From: Patescibacteria group bacterium
GTDB lineage: Bacteria; Patescibacteriota; Microgenomatia; UBA1400; PJMF01
DNA length: 64,000 bases
NCBI GenBank assembly: GCA_041747555.1
Contig: JBGTEY010000014.1
Location: forward strand, 20,919-84,918
Direction of reading: 5' to 3'
In this document: positions 58,046 through 64,000 of the stretch, piece after piece
How positions within the stretch are numbered: position 1 is the stretch's first letter
How the letters are laid out: every line of letters starts with the position of its first letter
Notes under the pieces: model-generated
Database searches by the model: none
Told to the model about the DNA's origin: nothing
What the model saw: only the letters and a program-made list of their open reading frames with translations
Made by a program: the position numbers and the translations under genes

Positions 58046-59101
58046 TTATTTGACAACATGTATTGTTTGCGTCGGATAGGCGATTTCTATCTTTTTCTTG
58101 TCAAAGGCCGCGAGGATATCCAAATTAATCTGCTGTTGTAAATCCATGAATAAATCATAATCGCTGTCGAGAACAAAGAAGACTACCTCAAAAATAAGTG
58201 CCGATTCACCAAACATTTTGAAGTGCGCTCTACCAAACTCTACCATTTTGCCTTGATCTACAATTATTTTCTCGATCATGCCTGGAATTTGCTTGAGTGA
58301 TGCATGTGTGGTTTGGTAAGAAACACCAATCGTGAAAGCAGCGCGCCGCTTCTCCATTTTTTTGAAATTCTTAATTCTTGCTGAGGTCAGGTCGACATTG
58401 GAAACGACTAATTCTTCTCCTTGCAGCGAGCGAATTCTACTAGTTTTGATGCCTATTTTTTCAACCGTACCCTTGTGCTCGCCGACTTCAATAAAATCGC
58501 CAACTTCAAAGGGTTTGTCAAAATAAATTGCGAGCGAGCTAAACACGTCCCCCAAGATATTTTGAACAGCGAGTGCGATGGCTATTCCGCCGATTCCCAA
58601 TCCTGTGACGAGCGACGTGATGTCGATTCCAAGGTTGCTCAGTACCAAGAGCAAACCAATTGACCACAGTATGAACTTGCTCGCAAGTTTAAGCATACCG
58701 ATGGGTGCGCCTGTTGCCTCCTCGCCCATTCGTTTTTGTGCAATGTAATCTATAAAAACATCGATCACCGTAGCCGCCTGCCAAACGAGAAAAATTAAAA
58801 CGAGTGATTTTACTCCTAGATTAATTGCTTGATGTACCGCTAAAAATTGAATAGATATGTAGAGTGCGATAAACACATACATGGGTGGGCGAATTGATCT
58901 CACAATGTTGATTAATGTGTCATCAACTTCGGTTTCAGTGCGCAGTGCGGCAACAGTGAGTCGAGATAGTACCAACTGCTCAACGAGCCAGAAGACAACG
59001 TACAGACCAAGGAAAATGGTGAGCGCAGTGGCGTATTGGAACAAAGTGTTTCCAAAGAATAGTATTGAAGAAATTTCTGGTGAGGCAATAAAATCAAGCA
59101 T
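58046..59101 (-). CDS. mechanosensitive ion channel MscS family
   Basis: TM3-like GIGGIAIALAVQNIL segment and beta-domain FEVGDFIEV...GTVEKIGIKTSRIR. Confidence 0.8.
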   Translation of the reverse strand: MLDFIASPEISSILFFGNTLFQYATALTIFLGLYVVFWLVEQLVLSRLTVAALRTETEVDDTLINIVRSIRPPMYVFIALYISIQFLAVHQAINLGVKSLVLIFLVWQAATVIDVFIDYIAQKRMGEEATGAPIGMLKLASKFILWSIGLLLVLSNLGIDITSLVTGLGIGGIAIALAVQNILGDVFSSLAIYFDKPFEVGDFIEVGEHKGTVEKIGIKTSRIRSLQGEELVVSNVDLTSARIKNFKKMEKRRAAFTIGVSYQTTHASLKQIPGMIEKIIVDQGKMVEFGRAHFKMFGESALIFEVVFFVLDSDYDLFMDLQQQINLDILAAFDKKKIEIAYPTQTIHVVK

Positions 59102-59179
59102 GCTTCGAGTATAGTATCCTTGAAAGATTATGGAAAGACCTGGGCGATAAATATTTTACAATATAAATTAAAAAAATGG

Positions 59180-59725
59180 TTATTTTTTCACTGCTTTGTA
59201 TGCTTGTTCAGATCGCCTGATAAGATCTGTCAAAAATTCATCATACTCATACCCTGCGCCTGTCGCACTCCTACCTTTGCCTAATTGTCTTAAGTGCGTA
59301 CTTACGGCACTGTTGTGCATCGTTCTCCAGCGCCACATTCCTTTAAAAAGCTCAGAAAGCGGTGGCAACAGTGGATTATCATCTGACAAGTTCTCTGAAA
59401 TCACCCTCTGCCTTAATGACACAAAATCAGCATTTTCAAAAATCGATTGGAATTTCTCTTTCACCCTGGTGGGAAAGTACACTAATTGCGAAGTAATTCG
59501 TCCCTGAGTTGCTTCATCTGCGCCGTAGAGCAAAATGTCTATCATCGCTATTGAATGATCAGCATTGGTGTTATTTTGAACAGTTGTTGTCATTTCTCCG
59601 TCCGGTCCTTTCCAAAGTGGTTTTTCTAGCTCAAGTGGTTTGGTTGCATATTTACGGCGACGATCAAAAAACTCTGGTGAAACATTTTTTCGTAATTCAA
59701 GCATAATCTGGGCAGTAGCATTCAT
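59180..59725 (-). CDS. hypothetical protein (181 aa)
   Basis: ORF only. Confidence 0.4.
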   Translation of the reverse strand: MNATAQIMLELRKNVSPEFFDRRRKYATKPLELEKPLWKGPDGEMTTTVQNNTNADHSIAMIDILLYGADEATQGRITSQLVYFPTRVKEKFQSIFENADFVSLRQRVISENLSDDNPLLPPLSELFKGMWRWRTMHNSAVSTHLRQLGKGRSATGAGYEYDEFLTDLIRRSEQAYKAVKK

Positions 59726-59737
59726 TGCAATTGCCGC

Positions 59738-60310
59738 TTATTGAGCCACAATCGCAAGATGCGGTTTATTCTCCCAATCAGCAGACTGCAATAGGCGGTT
59801 GATGCCAGAAATAACTATTGAAAACTCTCTGGCAAAATCCTGATCGTAACGAATAAGTGCCAATTCTTCCTCCTCATTGGTGAATGACCGAGTTGCTGCT
59901 CCTTTTGCGTTGACATAGCTATACGCATACTTGCAGTCTCGAGGTGGCAAACCTGTTACCCGCGAAAGTGTCAGTAAAGCATCAATGAGCTGAGGAAATT
60001 GACTTGATACATCAATTCCTTTGTAATTCAACGCCGAAACTGCCATGCCAATGTCTTGCTGCGCACGCTCTATTACTTCGATAGGACCAAACGTTACGAG
60101 CTCATTTATCTGCCTACTCGATGGCAATGAAGCAAGTAGCTGTGTAATAAAATGTTCTAACTCTATCCTATCTGTATTCAAAAGTGGAACTGAAGCAACC
60201 ACAAACTTACTAAAACTACCAAGAGGAAAGACATGCTCTGGTGACTCTTTAATTCGTTCTATTTGTGCCATCTGTCTATTATAGGATATTACTTGTTGTA
60301 CATCAAGCAC
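59738..60310 (-). CDS. hypothetical protein (190 aa)
   Basis: ORF only; 12 bp upstream of the preceding gene. Confidence 0.4.
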   Translation of the reverse strand: MLDVQQVISYNRQMAQIERIKESPEHVFPLGSFSKFVVASVPLLNTDRIELEHFITQLLASLPSSRQINELVTFGPIEVIERAQQDIGMAVSALNYKGIDVSSQFPQLIDALLTLSRVTGLPPRDCKYAYSYVNAKGAATRSFTNEEEELALIRYDQDFAREFSIVISGINRLLQSADWENKPHLAIVAQ

Positions 60311-60614
60311 AAATATTAGTATGGTTTTCTATAGTATTTGATAGATACCCTTCCTACTAAATTTTTCTTTGCTACAATGCGAAAATAGTTCCATACCGAA
60401 TATAAAAAAAGCAGATCTCTGCACTCAGCTTCTGAGCAATTTAAGCCAGTGAGGTTGATGAAATCAGAATGCGGTACCGTTCGGTTAGGAAAGCTGATTT
60501 AGTTCAATATTTATCAGTTACTATTATTGGACGCGTGTTGAGAATTATACTTTACAATATGTAACTGATGTGTAATAATTCGTCACTATAAAATACTTAT
60601 TAAGTGGAAAAAGT

Positions 60615-61265
60615 ATGATTTTTATAACTGGACCACACTGCTCTGGAAAAACACACGCACTTCGCAATGTATACGAGTATGGTTTTCCATCGATCGATTT
60701 GGGTCCAACTCTGCGAAAACTCTATCAAGACTTTTCGTTCGGTTTAACATTTCCACAGTGGCTGGTGACTGGTGAAGAATCTTATGGTGATTCCTTTACC
60801 GACAGACTAATTGTCCTAGCAATTGAGGAATGGATAGAAAAACAACTCGCCAAACATGAGGGAAAAATTCAGGACTTTATTATTTCTGGAAATAGATCAG
60901 TTGGAGGCATTCAGTATATCGTAGATCATTTTGATATTGTGGGCGAACCAACAGTAATTTATGTAGACGCAGATCCTGAAGTGTTAAGATCGCGATACCA
61001 ACAGCGTGAAGGTGTCATAGTGAGCCCTGAAGACTTTGAGGCTTATTTAGATCGTGATTATAGAATGGGTTTAGCAAGTGTCCGTAGATTTGCGACACAT
61101 CTAATATCCAATGGCGACACGACAGATGATAATTTGAGAAGAAAAATGGATGCAATACTATTTGATGAGTTAGGACACAAAAAAGAATCAGTGCTTGATC
61201 CTAAAGAAGGAAGGATTTCATTAGAAAATGAATGCAGATTCGCAATGAATAAGGAACGAAAATGA
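60615..61265 (+). CDS. P-loop NTPase / small-molecule kinase-fold protein
   Basis: Walker A GPHCSGKT at residues 6-13; length and layout like the AAA_33 / gluconate-kinase-like kinases. Confidence 0.55.
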   Translation: MIFITGPHCSGKTHALRNVYEYGFPSIDLGPTLRKLYQDFSFGLTFPQWLVTGEESYGDSFTDRLIVLAIEEWIEKQLAKHEGKIQDFIISGNRSVGGIQYIVDHFDIVGEPTVIYVDADPEVLRSRYQQREGVIVSPEDFEAYLDRDYRMGLASVRRFATHLISNGDTTDDNLRRKMDAILFDELGHKKESVLDPKEGRISLENECRFAMNKERK

Positions 61266-62404
61266 CAGTAAAAGAACAGCATTCAGATGCTCGCCGCGTT
61301 CCTGGCCTACAAAACCATGAACATGCACCTACATCCGCTGAACATCCCATCACTGCTCAAGACAGAATCGATGCGACAGTTCGACAATTAGATCCACTCA
61401 ATGCCGATGAGTTGTTTGAATTGATGGCTGATGCCAATGATCTTAGTGATACTCAGTCGCTGTGCACAATCGGTGATGAGCTCGTAAAAAGAGCTAACCG
61501 TAGAGTATTGAGTTCCTGCTCATATGAGGAATCATTGGCTATGTTGCGTGACCTGGGCATGCTAGCAGCGTCATTGGCTAAGTTCAACTTATTGGTTGAT
61601 TCAGTTCCTGGATTGGAACAACTATTACTCCAGCTGGGCTCAGTAACTGAAGAAGTACCTCGAGACACAGTCTTTTCATACGGTCCCAGAAACCCACAGC
61701 AACCAGAAAGAATGCGAAAATTTACGACAACTGACGCTGAGACAGTATTTATCGAGTCATTCAGCGAAGGAATGAAGCACTTGGGTGCTGTAATTCTGGC
61801 ATTGGAAACAGCACTTGCTGCTACAGACCCAGATGAAATAGCCACCAACCTTAGAGCTGCCACAGAACAGCTTACTGAAATGACCCAAGCGATAGTCAGA
61901 GTAAGAAGAAAAATTCCACCCGAGGTGTTTACATACCAGCTACGACCATTTTTTGATCCCGTAACCGTTGGGGGTCAGTCTTACTTAGCACCGGGAGGCG
62001 CCCAGATGCCCGTCATTATAGTTGATAAATTGGTATGGGGAATTGGCAGAGAGTATCCTGAATTCGAAGAATACTTCCAGGAAAATCTCCAGTACCACCC
62101 CAGAGGATATCGAGAGTTTTGGCAGGAGCTTTCAAATACTCTTACGCAAAATTTAGTCGACAGATTAATCGAATTGACTCAACAACCTGATTCAAATGGC
62201 ACATATACGAATGCACTGGAGGAATTATTGACATTTATCAACACGCTGATCAAATTTCGGGTGCCCCATCTAAAGGTAGCAACGGATAATTTTCAATTAA
62301 GAGAAGGCGATGAAGTGGGAAGTGGTGGCTACCAACCAACGATATTAGAGCAACTTCTGGAAGCAACGAAGGCCGCAAGAAGTCAAGTGCAATCAGCTCT
62401 GTAG
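61262..62404 (+). CDS. hypothetical all-alpha protein (380 aa); speculative TDO/PrnB-like fold
   Basis: ORF translationally coupled (ATGA overlap) to the P-loop gene; helical composition; conserved-looking VPHLKV near the C-terminus. Confidence 0.4.
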   Translation: MTVKEQHSDARRVPGLQNHEHAPTSAEHPITAQDRIDATVRQLDPLNADELFELMADANDLSDTQSLCTIGDELVKRANRRVLSSCSYEESLAMLRDLGMLAASLAKFNLLVDSVPGLEQLLLQLGSVTEEVPRDTVFSYGPRNPQQPERMRKFTTTDAETVFIESFSEGMKHLGAVILALETALAATDPDEIATNLRAATEQLTEMTQAIVRVRRKIPPEVFTYQLRPFFDPVTVGGQSYLAPGGAQMPVIIVDKLVWGIGREYPEFEEYFQENLQYHPRGYREFWQELSNTLTQNLVDRLIELTQQPDSNGTYTNALEELLTFINTLIKFRVPHLKVATDNFQLREGDEVGSGGYQPTILEQLLEATKAARSQVQSAL

Positions 62405-62421
62405 TAGATACTAGGAACCTT

Positions 62422-63507
62422 ATGAAAGATGATTTTTCCAGTTACCCAGTCGGAACAGTTTTTAATCCAATTAAGAATCAGTTTAAGGAATCAACACCAC
62501 AACATCGAGAAGTCTCGATTGAGTTTCCAAGTAGACTGAACGCCATGGCAATAGATCCCAGTAAAATTGCAACCAATGAAAACATGGTCTTCACTCCTGG
62601 CGAAGTCGTGTTTGCAATTGCGATCACAAAAAAAATACAAGTCACTGTTGTTCAATCGTCATCCAAAATTGCAATCAATGCCACAGCCAAACGAAAGTCG
62701 CTAATTTTACATGCCGCACTGCTTATGAAAGCGGCATTAGGGTTTGAGAATGGTCTGATGATCGATGTAGATAACTCAGATGAGCTCAAACATTGCGGCT
62801 TGGGATCAAGTAGCAGCCTCATTGCCGGTGTAGCAGCAGCCATAAACGAAGTATATGGCAATCCTATTCCACACAATGTTCTACTTAAGTACATTGCACA
62901 AAATCATGGTGAGGAGATTGACAATGATGATGAACAGCTCATGCCCGTTCAATGCATCGGTGGGTCAGCCTCATCTGGATTATATGAGGGATCTGCACTG
63001 ATTTTAACAGGAGAAAACACAGTAATCGTTAACAAGAAGATTGACAATAAAGCGGTACTAATTGGAATTCCAAATGATTTTATCCCCAGAGATTCAGAAG
63101 AATTATTAGAAGATGAAATAAAGAATTTTAATAAGTTTATAGCTACTGGCGTGAAATATGGAAAAGAAATTGCCTACGATATGCTGCATAAGGCTATACC
63201 AGGCTTGTATAACAATGACCTCTCTGCTTTAGGGGATTTAATTTTTAGATATCGATTTGACATGGGAAGTATTGACAACTGTTCATTCGTTTTTCCCCGA
63301 ATGAACTCGATAGCTAATAATTTGAGACAACCCTATTCTGTGCATAAACCAGATGTACTGGCGCTCTCCTCTGTGGGTCCAGCTTTTTTTGTAATTTGCG
63401 AACAAAAAGATGAAAGCACTTGGGCCACTATATTTGAGAATGAAAATATGAAAGTACTACCTACCAAACTCTACAACACGAAGTACAAAGTACTGCACAC
63501 TGAATAG
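62422..63507 (+). CDS. GHMP-kinase-fold protein (sugar / small-molecule kinase or beta-RFAP-synthase-like)
   Basis: GHMP motif II HCGLGSSSSLIAGVAAAI. Confidence 0.6.
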   Translation: MKDDFSSYPVGTVFNPIKNQFKESTPQHREVSIEFPSRLNAMAIDPSKIATNENMVFTPGEVVFAIAITKKIQVTVVQSSSKIAINATAKRKSLILHAALLMKAALGFENGLMIDVDNSDELKHCGLGSSSSLIAGVAAAINEVYGNPIPHNVLLKYIAQNHGEEIDNDDEQLMPVQCIGGSASSGLYEGSALILTGENTVIVNKKIDNKAVLIGIPNDFIPRDSEELLEDEIKNFNKFIATGVKYGKEIAYDMLHKAIPGLYNNDLSALGDLIFRYRFDMGSIDNCSFVFPRMNSIANNLRQPYSVHKPDVLALSSVGPAFFVICEQKDESTWATIFENENMKVLPTKLYNTKYKVLHTE

Positions 63508-63513
63508 GACACT

Positions 63514-64000
63514 ATGGGAAGACCGAAAGACTTACAGCCAGGAATAGGGTATTGGAATGACGGCCGCCACAGCGAGTACAGAGCAAAACCACCCTCAAGT
63601 TTTGTTCAAAGGTCATTAGACATGATCATGCAGGATGTGCCCGAAGGCACACTGCTTAAATCTCTTGATGCTGGATCAGGTGGTGGAAGAAACAGCGCGC
63701 CTTTCATTCACGCAGGATGTGAGGCGTATGCTTTTGATTACCACACAGAAATGGTGGCACAAACACAGCAACTGTTTGCAGAAATGAGCCAAAACCCACT
63801 GAATGTTACTCAGCAAGAAATGTCACAGCTGTCTTTCTCAGATGGTGCATTCGATATAGTGTTGTCAAATGGAGTAATCCATAATGCAGTTTCTGCAGAG
63901 CATTTTTTGGCTACAATTGAAGAGTTATCTCGAGTAATTACACCAGGCGGTCACCTTATTTTTTCTGTATTTACCGCTGATGAGATTTCAAGCGAGTTAG
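63514..64000 (+). CDS. class I SAM-dependent methyltransferase (5' partial, continues beyond window)
   Basis: Motif I LDAGSGGGRN and a motif post-I acidic residue. Confidence 0.65.
   Translation, partial: MGRPKDLQPGIGYWNDGRHSEYRAKPPSSFVQRSLDMIMQDVPEGTLLKSLDAGSGGGRNSAPFIHAGCEAYAFDYHTEMVAQTQQLFAEMSQNPLNVTQQEMSQLSFSDGAFDIVLSNGVIHNAVSAEHFLATIEELSRVITPGGHLIFSVFTADEISSEL

Noticed and set aside
60411-60500. TPP-riboswitch-like 'CTGAG' box in the long intergenic region
   Set aside because: Only CTGAGC is present, not the CUGAGA/ACCUGAUCUGGAUAAUGCC core, and no thiamin genes lie downstream. It is kept only as a generic structured-element candidate.
1-64000. CRISPR arrays, IS elements/transposases, rRNA genes
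   Set aside because: No regularly spaced direct repeats, no DDE/transposase-like ORFs and no rRNA-like segments were seen. The only recombinase is a chromosomal Xer-type enzyme with no flanking inverted repeats noted.

Overview
This window reads as a low-GC, gene-dense, mostly minus-strand chromosome segment typical of a Candidate Phyla Radiation (Patescibacteria) bacterium. It has short translation factors (IF-2 is the G domain plus C-terminus only), many small hypothetical membrane proteins and few Shine-Dalgarno sites.

Recognisable core genes:
- a partial Dus C-terminus, an SRAP/YedK peptidase, tRNA-Val(CAC) and ComF
- a tmRNA (ssrA) with a canonical sigma70 promoter and terminator
- an ABC exporter pair, FtsK, RNase J and a PfkB sugar kinase with LOG, Rpe and RpiB
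- a Suf Fe-S operon (sufC, Nudix, sufB, sufD, sufS, sufU, plus SufT/DUF59 nearby)
- a ferredoxin plus FNR pair, SOD and PNPase
- rpsO, infB and nusA
- an hrcA-grpE-X-dnaK-dnaJ heat-shock operon preceded by a CIRCE-like inverted repeat
- FtsH, TrpRS, a Xer recombinase, MscS, and a GH plus GT4 pair

Most interesting observations:
1. A roughly 1700-aa membrane-anchored alpha-2-macroglobulin-like giant protein has an intein/Hedgehog-type Hint domain (GGGG|CFAAD...VHN) exactly where A2M proteins carry the protease bait region. Its thioester motif CxEQ is degenerate (IGEQ). It is co-operonic with a CapA-family metallophosphatase.
2. The operon GrpE carries an N-terminal Nudix domain as a translational fusion.
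3. A Lon-type AAA+ module ends cleanly with no protease domain.
4. A Pol-beta-superfamily nucleotidyltransferase and an acidic 144-aa protein sit directly 3' of ssrA, a classic island insertion site.
5. A YcnI/CopC-like/ferric-reductase-TM copper-handling cluster.
6. A terminal cluster of a P-loop kinase, an all-alpha 380-aa protein, a GHMP-kinase-like protein and a SAM-methyltransferase sits behind an unusually long structured intergenic region.

No CRISPR array, IS element or rRNA was seen.
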